From contig NMRA01000491.1 in NCBI GenBank assembly GCA_002633005.1, positions 142,809-206,808 of the forward strand: a DNA stretch of 64,000 nucleotides. Reading direction: 5' to 3'. The first letter of the stretch is position 1. Every line of letters starts with the position of its first letter. This DNA is from Phoronis australis (lineage: Eukaryota > Animalia > Phoronida). The notes under the pieces were generated by a model that was not told the DNA's origin, did not search any database, and was given only the letters and a program-made list of their open reading frames with translations. This document shows, one piece after another, positions 1 to 12,061 of this stretch. The translations under genes were made by a program, and so were the position numbers.

Positions 1-269
1 CATGACAAAAATTTGAAGTGTATAGTCACGGCTAAATACCGACATAGCGGCGAGGCTCGTGGTCTACAAATTCCACATACAATGATTTTTTCAGAACTGT
101 CGGATCTTATTGATAAATTGAAGACGTTACTGGAGAATTTTAGAACTGTAGGTGAGGCATTTTTTGCATGTACATGGCGTTCATGGACCGAGCGCTTATT
201 TAAGCAAAGTCTGAAAATGCGTGGGGGGCGCTTATAGGGGCATGGGCGCTTATTACGGTGAATACGGTA
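1..269. mobile_element. Right end of a Tc1/mariner/pogo-type non-autonomous DNA transposon (MITE), truncated by the window edge
   Basis: Ends in ...GGGCGCTTATTACGGTGAATACGG-TA with repeated subterminal GCGCTTA(T) motifs. An AATACGG+TA terminus is typical of invertebrate pogo/mariner-like MITEs. The partner TIR is not in the window. Confidence 0.45.
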
Positions 270-658
270 TGTGCTTGAAAATCCATATTTTGGTTTAGAA
301 TAAATGCATTGAACCGAGATCAAATGACCCAACACCAAGGAATTTCCTGACCAGGTTTGAAACTGTGCCCTTTGGACGCATCTAACTAATAATAACAACA
401 CAAATAAAACTGGTCCCTTGGCATTGCATGCATTTGATGCCAGATATTACAAAATTAGGACATGATTCCTTTATCTGAAAATACCACATGTGGAGATAAT
501 CTGACCGAATCTTAATAAGATGAGACACTTTAATGTTGACTAAATACCAAGCAAACGAAAACCTTCAGATAAATGAGCCACGAGGGGGTTCAAAATGAGA
601 ATCACAAAAATTGGAGGTTTGCGATAATGCAAATTCAAGGAAACAAGATAGTTTAAAT

Positions 659-953
659 ATAGAATGCAGTTGAAAACTCAACAAAATAGAATGCACTTGA
701 AAACTCAACAAAATAGAATGCAGTTGAAAACTCAACAAAATAGAATGCAGTTGAAAACTCAACGAAATAGAATGCAGATGAAAACTCAACAAAATAGAAT
801 GCAGATGAAAACTCAACAAAACAGAATGCAGTTGAAAACTCAACAAAATAGAATGCAGATGAAAACTCAACAAAATAGAATGCAGATGAAAACTCAACAA
901 AATAGAATGCAGTTGAAAACTCAATGAAATAGAATGCAGATGAAAACTCAACA
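659..953. repeat. 27-bp minisatellite (ATAGAATGCAG[T/A]TGAAAACTCAACAAA), about 11 copies, with one more unit at 3831-3856
   Basis: Directly visible tandem units. They produce the spurious MQLKTQQNR-repeat ORF and its antisense ORF. Confidence 0.95.
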
Positions 954-2132
954 AATGAAAGCGCTCTGAGGAGCGAAACTTGGCGAAATTAACCAAAAAG
1001 ATGACCATAAAGATGATGACGAAGATGACGAATATGACGACGATGGTGGCAATGATGATCAAAAGAAGTAATAATAACATACACATGACGAACGTAGAAG
1101 TCCGAAATCAGTAAGACAAAGGCTACAGTCTTGAGCGACACTTGGCGAAATTAACATAAAAGACAATGACGGAGATGATGACGAAGATGATGACGAAGAT
1201 GATGACGATGATGACGAATATGAAGATGGTGGTGGCGATGATGAAAAACATCACAACATTCATATGACGAACTTAGATGTAATAAATCAATAAGAAATAA
1301 GCTACAGTCTAGTTCAATAGAAGATAAACCAACATCAATGCAGCAAGAGCGCTCAACAAAGGAACAGCGTTATCAGAAAATCTCAAATAACTCAAAAAGT
1401 AGACGTCCTAGCGAAAAATGGAAAACATCCTCTGAAAGCCCGTTCAAAATTCTATCTAAACTTATGGCATCGCCTAATTCCGTAAATTTTTCTAAAAAAT
1501 GAAATTTTGCGTTTTTTTAACAAATTCAAAGTCAAATAACTTGAAAACGGTAAGTCTGAGAAAAAAATTGTTACAGGCCATTTGAAAGACTATACTTCAA
1601 AGAATTCACATGCAAAAAATCACGTCTTTTTCTCTTCCCGTTTAAAAACGCACCCCAGCACGACTGAAAATGGGTCAACATGCGCCAGATCCGCCATGTT
1701 GAAAGCAACTTCCGGTTTTTTGGCTTTGTATAATAGCATGTCATAAGAAACTAATACCTGTAAAAGTTCGAAGGAATTGGTCGTACAATGCGCCCTCTAC
1801 AGGAGAAAACGTTTTCAGGCCAAAATCGAGGTGCGCATGCGCGATCGCCGATATTTCCGCCATCTTTAACCGGAAGTAAACAATTTCCGGTATACTTGTA
1901 GAAAACTTACGGTCCATTTTCTGTGCCAATTCTTAGCCTTTTACGTAAAAAATTGTAGCCTCCAGAAGCATTTGAACCTTTAAATGAAAACAAAATGGCC
2001 GCCACAGCCGCCATCTTGGATCCGATTTTGACGAAAAACAATAGGCTTCCAGTACTTCCGAAAGTACGTGTTGTGTGTAAATTTTGTGATGATCGGACGA
2101 AAATTGCGACCTGTATCGTGCGAACAAAAAAA

Positions 2133-3774
2133 AAATGAAAGCGCTCTGAGGAGCGAAACTTGGCGGAATTAATCGAAAAGACGACGATGAGGGAGACGAC
2201 GATAATCATGACGATCAAGACGATAACATTCATGTGACTAGCGAAGAAATCAAATAGAGAGCATACAATCAACTACAATAAAGAACAATAGATGGCGCAA
2301 CATGGCGGACGAGCCATGTCTTTTCCCACATTCTAAAATAGGTGGCGCTATGTGACAGTCTGCAAAGCAAAGTTATGTTTAAAATAAGTATTTGGCCTGA
2401 AATTGTACAGCCTACAGAGCGCTATTCAGCCACAGTAGGACAGTGCTGGCTGGGTCAGTCTGGGTCAACTAGGCATAACCAAAACAAAGTGAACTGAAAG
2501 CCAGCCAGCTGCGTGCATACGTGACCGAAGGAACAACAGTATACGAAAATCTCGAATAANNNNNNNNNNNNNNNNNNNNNNNNNNNNNNNNNNNNNNNNN
2601 NNNNNNNNNNNNNNNNNNNNNNNNNNNNNNNNNNNNNNNNNNNNNNNNNNNNNNNNNNNNNNNNNNNNNNNNNNNNNNNNNNNNNNNNNNNNNNNNNNNN
2701 NNNNNNNNNNNNNNNNNNNNNNNNNNNNNNNNNNNNNNNNNNNNNNNNNNNNNNNNNNNNNNNNNNNNNNNNNNNNNNNNNNNNNNNNNNNNNNNNNNNN
2801 NNNNNNNNNNNNNNNNNNNNNNNNNNNNNNNNNNNNNNNNNNNNNNNNNNNNNNNNNNNNNNNNNNNNNNNNNNNNNNNNNNNNNNNNNNNNNNNNNNNN
2901 NNNNNNNNNNNNNNNNNNNNNNNNNNNNNNNNNNNNNNNNNNNNNNNNNNNNNNNNNNNNNNNNNNNNNNNNNNNNNNNNNNNNNNNNNNNNNNNNNNNN
3001 NNNNNNNNNNNNNNNNNNNNNNNNNNNNNNNNNNNNNNNNNNNNNNNNNNNNNNNNNNNNNNNNNNNNNNNNNNNNNNNNNNNNNNNNNNNNNNNNNNNN
3101 NNNNNNNNNNNNNNNAAAAATTTTTCGAGAAAATTGAAAATTTGCCGGTTTTTTTTGAAATTCAAAGTCAAATAACTCGAAAACGGTAAGTCTGAGAAAT
3201 ACGCTCTCGCAGACTTTTTGAAAGGCCATACTTCAAGGAATCCACATGCAAAAATTCACGTCATTTGCTATTCCCATAAAAAATGCGACACCAGAGCGAT
3301 TGAAACCATGTGAACATGCCCCACAGCCGCCATCTTGAAGGTGACTTCCGGTTCAATAATTTTTTATAAAAGCTTATTAAACTCAACAAACACGTGACCA
3401 GTTTGAAAGTGTTTGGTTTGCAATTGCGCTCTCTACAGGAGAAAACGTTTTTAGCCATATTTCGGGGTGCGCATGCGCCAATTCGAATATTTCCGCCATC
3501 TTTAACCGGAAGTCAACGATTTTCTGCACAATTATAGCACATGCCTTCTAGTATGTTCCTACCGATTTTCATATACGTCGAAAAATACGGCCTCCACGAG
3601 CATTTGATTGTGAAATTGGATACAAAATGGCCGCCACGTCCGCCATTTTGTATCCGATCATGACCAAAAACAATAGGCTTCCAGCACTTTCCGATCTACA
3701 CGTCGTGTGCAAATTTCGTGAAAATCGGACGAAAATTGCGACCTGTAGAGAATTCGAAGAATTCCGCCAAGTAA
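2133..3774 (-). mobile_element. Nested HINE-like element, subfamily B (spans the assembly gap)
   Basis: Same terminal AAATGAAAGCGCTCTGAGGAGCG stem-loop. Its variant subTIRs ACTTGGCGGAATT (2158-2170) and AATTCCGCCAAGT (3760-3772) are exact reverse complements. The host element resumes at 3775. Confidence 0.7.
2560..3115. other. Assembly gap (N run)
   Basis: Continuous Ns. Confidence 1.
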
Positions 3775-3940
3775 AAAACCAAACTTAGTGTCAGAGCAAT
3801 ATACTTGGCGAAATTTATTTCCCCAAGTAAATAGAATGCAGTTGAAAACTCAACAAGGAAGTGGAAGGCATTAAACCTGCGCAGAAATGCAGATTCTGCA
3901 CTCGAATACTACCACCAAGACATGAGGGTTACAAGCTACG

Positions 3941-4047
3941 ATAAGTCACTTACAGGGGTCTCTGGGTTTTGAGAACCAGTTTGAAGCCAGTTAATCAGTG
4001 GAGATAATTGTTTCTCAAAATGCGTAAGGCCCTGTAAGTGCCTTATT
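3941..4047. repeat. Short palindromic MITE-like element (TTTTGAGAACCAG...GTTCTCAAAA family)
   Basis: Inverted arms ATAAGTCACTTACAGGG / CCCTGTAAGTGCCTTAT and TTTTGAGAAC / TTTCTCAAAA. Related copies occur elsewhere in the window. Confidence 0.6.
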
Positions 4048-5372
4048 TTAACCTGAAAAGCATATTCATGCTTCTTACTTTAGAAGCATAAAGCAAAACC
4101 AGGGAGTATAATTTTTTTACTGGTTTAAAACAAACTTGAACAAAGCATTGCAAGCTTTTCCGCATATTTTGTTTTTCAGTCTGCTACCAAAACTGGCAAA
4201 GCCCTTGAGCTTAACTGAGCTGAACTGACTATCTGATCAGTTGGACCATACTTGTATTCCCTGTATCAAATCAACATGCCAACATGCCAGTATTTGTTCT
4301 ATTTATGTCTTATGTAACTTAACCAGTGGTATAACATCCAAGAGGTGAAGGCTCATAATGACCTTTACATACCACAAGTTGGATTCAGACAAATGAAGGT
4401 GAAATGTACCATCTAGGCCATCCCTGGCCCAAAGCACTGCACAGCTATCAATCATAAACACTCTCTCATCTATAAATATGATGAATCTCAAGCCATCCAT
4501 AACCATCAGGTTAAAGTCCCCAGCAGATAAATTCATTATGACCAGTTTATGATCTCCCAAGGCATTTTATTGCCCTATGATATATGACTAGCCATCCTAC
4601 AAGTTGTTGGATCTAACCCAGATGTGTGCAAGACAAATCTTCATTTTAACAAGCAGGAAGAAGCACAATTCTAGTGAGCTAGCACAAAAATGACCATTTT
4701 CTGAGGTAGCAGGGACATACTGAATTAGCAGTAATGGCAATCTGAGTATTGGTGGACAATGCCCAATGCCATGCACAATTCAGAAATGAGTTTGGATGGA
4801 GATTGCAGGTAGTAAGACTTTGATCACTACGTTTTTTTATAAATGACATGTATAGGTGACCATCAAGCCATGACTGATGTCGGGTGTCTTGTTCCCATGA
4901 TTCGTACAAAAAATCCTACCATAGCAAAATGCCAGTAAAAGAAAGAAAGAACGTTCTGTCTAGGTCAACTTGGCCCACCTTGGGCACCAGAATTTGAAAC
5001 TGGATCAAGTGAAAGGAGCTTTTCGAGCTAATTCACAATGTCAGAAATAATGGAAACTTAAGCAAAAATGTTGTTCTATGGTATGTGCACTGCAAACTAT
5101 GATAGTTTTTGTGATATGTACACTGTAAACTATGGTAGTTTTTATGGTATGTACACTGCAAACGATGATAGTTTTTATTTTAGAGGAAAAATTTAACAAA
5201 ATAGAATAAAGTCGTCCCAGATTACACAACGACAATCGAATCTCGCTGTATTCACCCATACTGTCATAAACATCCATCAGTCATCTGCTGCCTGCAGTTT
5301 CATGTGTTATTTGTTGTTGTCTGATTCATTACAAGACTTTCTCGCGGTTGCATTATTTCGTTCGTCCTTCCA

Positions 5373-5490
5373 ATGCCAACGAAGTATTACTGCTGTGGTA
5401 TGGGCTGCAACTCCGACGTGAGAAAGTTTGATAAACTGGACAAATACCAGTGGATGCGTGATCCGAAATTCTTCGCCCTCCCGACATCAA
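5373..5490 (+). pseudogene. Truncated THAP zinc-finger N-terminus, probably a DNA-transposon remnant
   Basis: MPTKYYCCGMGCNSDVRK...PKFFALP resembles the THAP start (M..CCxxxCxS...F..P). The later W, C and H residues are absent and the sequence runs into a tandem repeat. Confidence 0.45.
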
Positions 5491-5554
5491 TGAGACACAC
5501 AAAAATGTGCCTCATTTCAAAAACGAGGTCACGCGCTTGTATAACTATTAATCG

Positions 5555-5755
5555 CAACTATTGGGAAAATTTTATACACATGGCCACAAGACCTACCTGG
5601 TGTTAGTCACAAGCTAGAAAATCTCATACAATAGGCCGCAAGACCTACTTGTTGGTAGTCACAACTATTGGGAAAATCTTGGACACCTGGCCACAAGACC
5701 AACGTTTGGGAAAATCTTATACACCTGGCCACAGGACCTACTTGTTGTTAGTCCC
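5555..5755. repeat. Degenerate ~55-bp tandem repeat, about 4 copies
   Basis: Recurring GGAAAAT[C/T]TTATACAC...GGCCACAAGACCTAC...TTAGTC. Confidence 0.75.
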
Positions 5756-5899
5756 AATATTTTCAACTACCTTCCCCTAAAAGTTCAATCCATTAGGGGA
5801 CCTTATGAACACTGATGTCTTCATTTGCTGTGTTAGCTTCATTGCTATGTCAAATTTTGGCTTTGATACATAGAGGGAGCGAACTATACCTTGAATTAT

Positions 5900-6800
5900 T
5901 AATTATTGTTGAAAATATAAGGACCTGTTCATGCAATGCACCAAATTCAAGGATATGCTCCCAATTTAATGTCATTGAAATAAGAGCTGTTTCCAAACAT
6001 ATTATATAGTGACTGATCGCTGTAGTTTCAACCTGTTAAGTCTCAATCCATTATTAGTCTGGCAAGATACAAGAGATGCCATGTTGGCAAAAATCTTTCA
6101 CAACCAAAAGTAGAATATATTAACACCCTCCTGCAGATTTGTATAGCTGGAAGAAGGAACCTTTTATAGTGTTTCAAACTCCCAAAGTGAGCCTTTCTGT
6201 GGTGAATAATAAATCGGAAAGACATTCATTAGTGGAAAGTTATGTCAGAATTGGAGCCCTTTCTTGGGAAATAGGCTGTAAAAAAGAAAAAAGTCACCCT
6301 TCTCACCACCATATCCCGTTACCTATTCTACTGGTATACCCTCAGGGATAGTGCAGATTTTGAATGCGGTCCAAAATCTGTGGTGCACGACTTATGATCC
6401 ACATCTTGGACAAAATCCTATAAGGACTGTGACATTACCACAAATGGATCACACACCAGGACATTATTACCAGGATTTGTGCTCAAGAATCAAGGTTAAC
6501 GCCCACATAGAGCTTAGACTGATAACAACTAGCCATACATACACAAACCAAACCAAACACCAAGACTTGAGTCAGGTTGGATTTTGACAGAACACATGGC
6601 TCACCAATGCCAAAAATACACTGGTCTTAAGATTGGAAGTAGGTGTCCTAACTAAACTTGGCTACAGGAATCCACATTCTCAGCTAGCTATATTTATCGA
6701 TTTTGGTGGTCACAAATACATCACTATTTGCCACAAACTCTTGCAATACTTCATACCATCAAAATTCTTAGATCGGAGTCATCAGTCTCTCAGCACCATT
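5900..6800 (-). mobile_element. Highly decayed LINE apurinic-endonuclease region
   Basis: Minus-strand fragments in the expected order: LQEFVANSDVFVTTKIDK (cf. F..FD.I.L.ETK.D), GYTSRIG (cf. GDFNSR.G) and KDFCQH (cf. LLDFC). Many stops and frameshifts. Confidence 0.35.
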
Positions 6801-7413
6801 GAATGTCTACACCTAAATGGATTTGGGACTCAGTAGACAAAGGTATACTTTTGCACAGCAACATCCCAACTCAAACATTCCTCTTTCCAAAATGGTATTG
6901 TCTCAGAGTCAGCCGAGGATTTCAGATTTGCAGAGGGACCTGTATGGCCATAGCACCACCCCTTTAATGTGGGTATCAACAATGCAATAATCCTGTAACA
7001 TTATTCTCTGGTAACAGACTCAGGGTGGTAGATCACGACTGAACATCTTTAAAGTCGCACCCAAGGTGAAAAGCCCTCTGGGAAAAGACACCTCTCACAA
7101 ATCTGATTTTGGTGAGGAGGAATCGATTATCCTCCTTGAATTGACCACAATGTGGCCTTCTCAAAAATCAGTTGCAAATGAGAGTGTGCTACAAGAGGCA
7201 GAGATGAAACTTTAAGTTCAGACAGACAATCAACAGGGGATTAATTTGAAATCCTTCCCAGTAATCTGTCTAACCTGCTCAGCCAGCAATTAACTAGATC
7301 TGTGGTTACCAAAGAGACCTCATAAAAAACTATTAAAACAAGAAAAATTAGGAAGAGATCCCACTTACTGAAATTTGGCGTTAAGAAATCAAAATGAATA
7401 AAAACGACATTTC

Positions 7414-8639
7414 AAAATGAAAGCGCTCCGAGGAGCGAACCTTGGCGAAATTAACCAAAAAGATGACAATAAAGATGATGACGAAGATGACGAATATGAC
7501 GAAGATGGTGGCGAGGATGAACAAAAGAAGTTAATAACATTCACATGACGAACGTAGGAGTCCGAAATCAGTAAGAAAAAGGCTAGTCTTGAGCGACACT
7601 TGGCGAAATTAAGGAAAAGACGGAGATGATGACGAAGATGATGACGAATATGATGATTTTGGTGGCGATGATGAACAACATCACAACATTCATATGACGA
7701 ATTTAGATGTCATAAATCATTAAGAAATAGGCTGCAGTCTAGTTCAATTGAAGCTAAACCAACCTGAATGCAGCAAGAGCGCTCAACAAAGGAACAGCGT
7801 TATCAGAAAATCTCAAATAACTCAAAAAGTAGACGTCGTAGAGAAAAATGAAAAGCATCTTCTGAAAGCCCGTTCAAAGTTCTATCTAAAGTGATGGTAT
7901 CGCCTAATTCCGTAAATTTTTCGAAAAAAATGAAATTTTGCGATTTTTTTAAGAAATTCAAACTCAAATAACTCGAAAACGGTAAGTCTGAGAAAAAAAT
8001 TGTTACAGGCCATTTGAAAGATAATACTTCAAAGAATCTACATGCAAAAAATTACGTCTTTTTCTCTTCCCGTGTAAAATCGCACTCCAGAAGACTGAAA
8101 ATGGGTCAATATGCGCCATATCCGCCATCTTGAATGCAACTTCCGGTTTTTTGGCATTGTATAATAGCATGTTACAAGAAACTAATACCTGTAAAAATTC
8201 GAAGGAATTGGTCTCATAATGCGCCCTCTAGAGGAGAAAACGTTTTTAAGCTAAAATCGAGGTGCGCATGCGCGATCGCCGATATTTCCGCCATCTTTAA
8301 CCGGAAGTAAACAATTTCCGGTATACTTGTAGCAAACTTCCGGTCCATTTACTGTGCCGATTCTTAGCCTTTTACGTAAAAAATTGTAGCCTCCAGAAGC
8401 ATTTGAACCTTTAAATGGAAACAAAATGGCCGCCACAGCCGCCATCTTGGATCCGATTTCGACGAAAAACAATAGGCTTCCAGTACTTCCGGAAGTACGT
8501 GTTATGTGTAAATTTCATGATGATCGGACGAAAATTGCGACCTGTATCGTGCGAACAAACAAAAAAAAGAAAAAAAAAACAAAACAAACAAACATAGTGT
8601 CAGAGCAATATACTTGGCGAAATTTATTTCGCCAAGTAA
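7414..8639 (-). mobile_element. Complete HINE/DINE-1-like non-autonomous Helentron, subfamily A (~1.2 kb)
   Basis: Perfect hairpin TACTTGGCGAAAT-TT-ATTTCGCCAAGTA (8611-8638) at one end. CTTGGCGAAATT subTIR and CGCTC/GAGCG stem-loop at the other end. Internal GAT/GAC microsatellite. Near-identical to 953-2132 plus 3775-3830. Confidence 0.85.
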
Positions 8640-9002
8640 CAAAATGCAACAACTTAAACAATCGCTCACAGTAAGCGAATAAACCGAAACAATCAAATGA
8701 TTTCCAATACTTAAGGCTTCCTGCTAATCACTGATAAGTTGAAATCTCAGTAAGATTAAAACTAAGATTAGAACTAGATGCTGTTCCATGTAGTTAAGCT
8801 ATACCCACTGGGATATTGTAAATGAAGATTTTCCACAAGTGCTCAGTGGTGCAAACCACAATGTGCTATTCCCAGCAATTAAATCTCAAGGCTCTTTCAC
8901 ACTGACGTCATCACATCAGAGCATAAAAATGCCGGCCAATAAAAAAAGCTACAATCCCTTCTTGAAAGGAAGTAGTACCGCCTTAACTCATGTTCACATT
9001 AC

Positions 9003-9122
9003 AAGTTGCCCTAGACCAACTTGCCCCAGAACAACTTGCCCTAGAACAACTTGCCCCAGAACAACTTGCCCTAGATCAGCTTGCCCTAGACGGACTTGCC
9101 CCCAGACCAACTTGCCCCAGTT
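9003..9122. repeat. 15-bp tandem repeat (AACTTGCCC[C/T]AGAAC), about 8 copies
   Basis: Directly visible. It causes the TCPRT and LGQVV repeat ORFs. Confidence 0.9.
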
Positions 9123-9899
9123 CAACTGAGCACCTACACCAAACACTGTACCTAAACATCTTACACTCAGTGAAAAATGTGGCACAAAAAGGATTAGACA
9201 CGCATATGAAGGTAACTGAACAAGCAGCGGGCAGCTGGTAATTACATACCCTTGTCTGCAGGTTTGCACCAACACTACAACTTGCATTGGAGCAAGGTAC
9301 CCAAGAACAAGTTACACTACCTCAATAAGGTGGGGTAAGTTGTCAAACGTGTGTCAACTCAGTGCAAACAGCACCCACCCTACTACTAAATCTAGTGACA
9401 ACTCGTTCTAGGAGTAACTTATTCTAGGATAGCTGATAGTGTGGACGGCACTATTTGTATAATAGTAACACCTAATTAAACTCCAGACTGTTGATCAGTC
9501 AGAGATGAGGAAAGCCCCGTTCAGTGTCATCAATAGCTTACAAAGACTTCACAGAACTTGTTTATTCACTGCTTTTGCATTGTTGCGCTCAACAAATACT
9601 CGGTAATACAGTCTTACGATCTGAGTTTTTGTTTCTCTAACATGGCGGCAGTACTATCAAAAATAAGAATAATTGCTGTGGTAACAGAAGGTAACAGCTC
9701 ATCGATCAAGTGTTCAGGCAGCTCTACCCCCGCATCACATAAGCTTGACGGAAACCGTCATAGCTGAAGAAATACCCATCACTACCTAAAGTTATATTGT
9801 ATAAGAACATTTAAAACAGCACAATATTTCAATACTTTTTAGACTTTTCTTCATATTGTAAATGCCAAATAGGCACTGTTATTTAAGTGTGCTTTCAAT

Positions 9900-10560
9900 T
9901 GCTGCAAACTATCCATCAATGTAAGAAATTACATTTCATCTCAACTTGTCTTATCCAACCAAGTTTGCCATTGGAACGATTGGAAGTTACTTTGATGCTC
10001 TTCGTTGATAGGGGAAGTGCATGTCGGATGTCGGCCAATACTATATGAAGTGCTGGTTTCATTTTCTTCTATTTTTCACAGCCAGCATGGATTCACCATG
10101 CATTACATAACTATGTCCATAACCACTAATTGGAAAGACTAAGAGTCCAGCCTGACAGAACAATTTATCTATATCATTAATTCATGTATTGATTTCACGA
10201 AGACCCTTCCAAGAAAAACGCTTAAGAATTTAAGTGTAGTCGGATATTCTTATTGATGATGATACTCCATGTAAGAACAAATCTAGCAAGGTTAAATCAG
10301 ACATCAAATCAAATGATACTCCATGTAAGAACAAATCTAGCAAGGTTAAATCAGACATCAAATCAAATGCTTTGCTAAAATGCAGCCATAAACAATGAAG
10401 CGGACCCGAGGTGGTAACATACAGAAATCCTAAGCACCAGCATTTTAGCGGTGGGATGACAAAACCGCATTAACTTTGGACACAAAGAATTGCTAAAATT
10501 GACCTTTTTCCTTGCTCAACAGCTAGTAGCATTGCCGCAAACACAGTGTCTCCAAACTTT
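9900..10560 (-). mobile_element. Decayed non-LTR retrotransposon reverse-transcriptase fragment
   Basis: Minus-strand translation near 10410-10320 reads SGPLHCLWLHFSKAFDLMSDLTLLDLFLHGV (cf. RT motif L...WLD.SKAFD.V.H..L...L...GV). The rest is disrupted and includes a ~54-bp local duplication at 10261-10368. Boundaries are approximate. Confidence 0.5.
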
Positions 10561-11448
10561 GTCTAGAAGTGGTTAGAACAACCTCGAAGTGGAGTTGACA
10601 GTGAGTTGGAATTAAAGGTAGTGTGAGACTGTATCAACTAGTCTGTGTATTCGAGTTTACAATCTACAAAACTACAGAATATAAAGTGTTCCTGAAAGTA
10701 GAAAGCCTGCAGATTTTTGACTTAATATCAACCTGCCATTAATTGGACAACACGACCAATTTTTTTAATAACATTTAGCCAAAAGAAATTGAAAACAGAA
10801 TAACGGTATCAATAATGAAACTTTGTGCGATATAAATCCATAAGATGAAACATAGAAAACACTGTTACAATTTTCTAAATTATCTATTTATTTTCATTTT
10901 ATGCAACTTTGAGTTTTTTGTAAAAGTCCAAAGTGAAAGTTCCTATTTTTGATAGCTACTCATGCCGAATGCTTTGAAAACAATTCTCAAACAACATTTT
11001 TAGAGAACAGTGCATAAACTGAAATATCTGAAAGTTTTCTTTAAATCCGATCAACCATCTCTGAAATAGGATGCTCCAAAGCTAACTTGGACATTTTTCT
11101 AAGGTTATGTAAAACTTTAAAATTATACCAAAATGTTAATTAGGTGTAACATGTTTTATAATGCAAAAAAAGAAAAAGTAAATTTCCATTTTCCACTGTG
11201 TCCTAAATTGATGAGATTTTACTGTAAGAGGATTTATGATAAAATTTCACCAATTTAGGACAGTACATGGCAGACGAAAATGTTATTCATGAAAGATAAC
11301 AAGGGCCAAATAAATGCAGTACTACAGCTATTACTGGACAATGTTTTGAAACAATGTGGCCATTTAATACATTGTCAGAAGCCTTTGAAACACGAAAAAT
11401 GATCTTCTAACAGTTTCGTCAAGACGGTGAATAACAATAATAAACACC

Positions 11449-11689
11449 GAGAAATACATTTTGCCATCCAACCAAGAGATAAATACCCACAGAAATTTTT
11501 TACGTCTACCCTTTCCGATGTCTTCCTCGGTGCATACTAGGTGGTGCTGAGTCTATATCCACCTTAGTCAGGTTTCATGAGTGACTTCTCTTTCCACCTA
11601 GTATGCACTGAGGAAGACATCAGGAAGAACAGATGTCAAAAATTTCAGCAGGTTTTTACTACTTTTTGGATGGAAAAAATGAATTTCCC
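11449..11689. repeat. ~240-bp foldback (long imperfect inverted repeat)
   Basis: GATGTCTTCCTCGGTGCATACTAGGTGG (11517-11544) pairs with CCACCTAGTATGCACTGAGGAAGACATC (11594-11621), one mismatch. Outer arms CCATCCAA / TTGGATGG extend the stem. Confidence 0.8.
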
Positions 11690-11970
11690 TGAGTCACTGA
11701 AATATGATAAATTTGGCATTATTGGCAATTATTTTTATCCGAAATAGGTGAAATTTTACAGCAATCTTGGTGTGACTGTCAAAAAATGAGACCAAGCACA
11801 CGGGGAACAATGTAAAGTCCTAACTCTAAATTGGAAATGAAGAAAATGCAGGCCTGGCATCCAGGCAGGGTGGAACTTCAAGAAGCAGTCACAACACGAC
11901 TCGTGCAGAAGTGCACTTGAGAACACAAGAGAAGAACAAGCTATTCCATCAGTTCATGTCGGTAACCATC

Positions 11971-12061
11971 GAATATAACGTGCTCGCATTTTGAGAACCA
12001 TTTTTTCCACTGAAGAACGGGCATCAAACTGGTTCTCAAAATGTGGCCACACAATATCCGA
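11971..12061. repeat. Short palindromic MITE-like element (TTTTGAGAACCA family)
   Basis: CATTTTGAGAACCA ... TGGTTCTCAAAATG inverted arms. Closely similar to 32477-32562. Confidence 0.75.

Larger units (their letters stand above)
953..3830 (-). mobile_element. Helentron-associated non-autonomous element (HINE/DINE-1-like), subfamily A, interrupted by a nested copy
   Basis: On the minus strand: 5' subTIR plus adjacent inverted copy (3802-3830), core, (GAT/GAC)n microsatellite, 3' subTIR (978-990), then stem-loop CGCTC-CTCA-GAGCG and a T-rich end. Collinear with the copy at 7414-8639. Inserted in an A/T run with no TSD. Confidence 0.8.

Noticed and set aside
565-1086. 173-aa and 87-aa repetitive ORFs (SFHLHSILL / MQLKTQQNR)
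   Set aside because: They are translations of the 27-bp minisatellite and the HINE microsatellite, with no gene structure.
2455-3229. Long ORFs of 238 and 254 aa
   Set aside because: Artefacts of the N gap.
4300-4910. Possible decayed Tc1 transposase on the minus strand (FIIFIDERVF...LWARDG)
   Set aside because: Only a vague resemblance to F.DESRF...VWR. No TIRs or other catalytic motifs are recognisable by eye.
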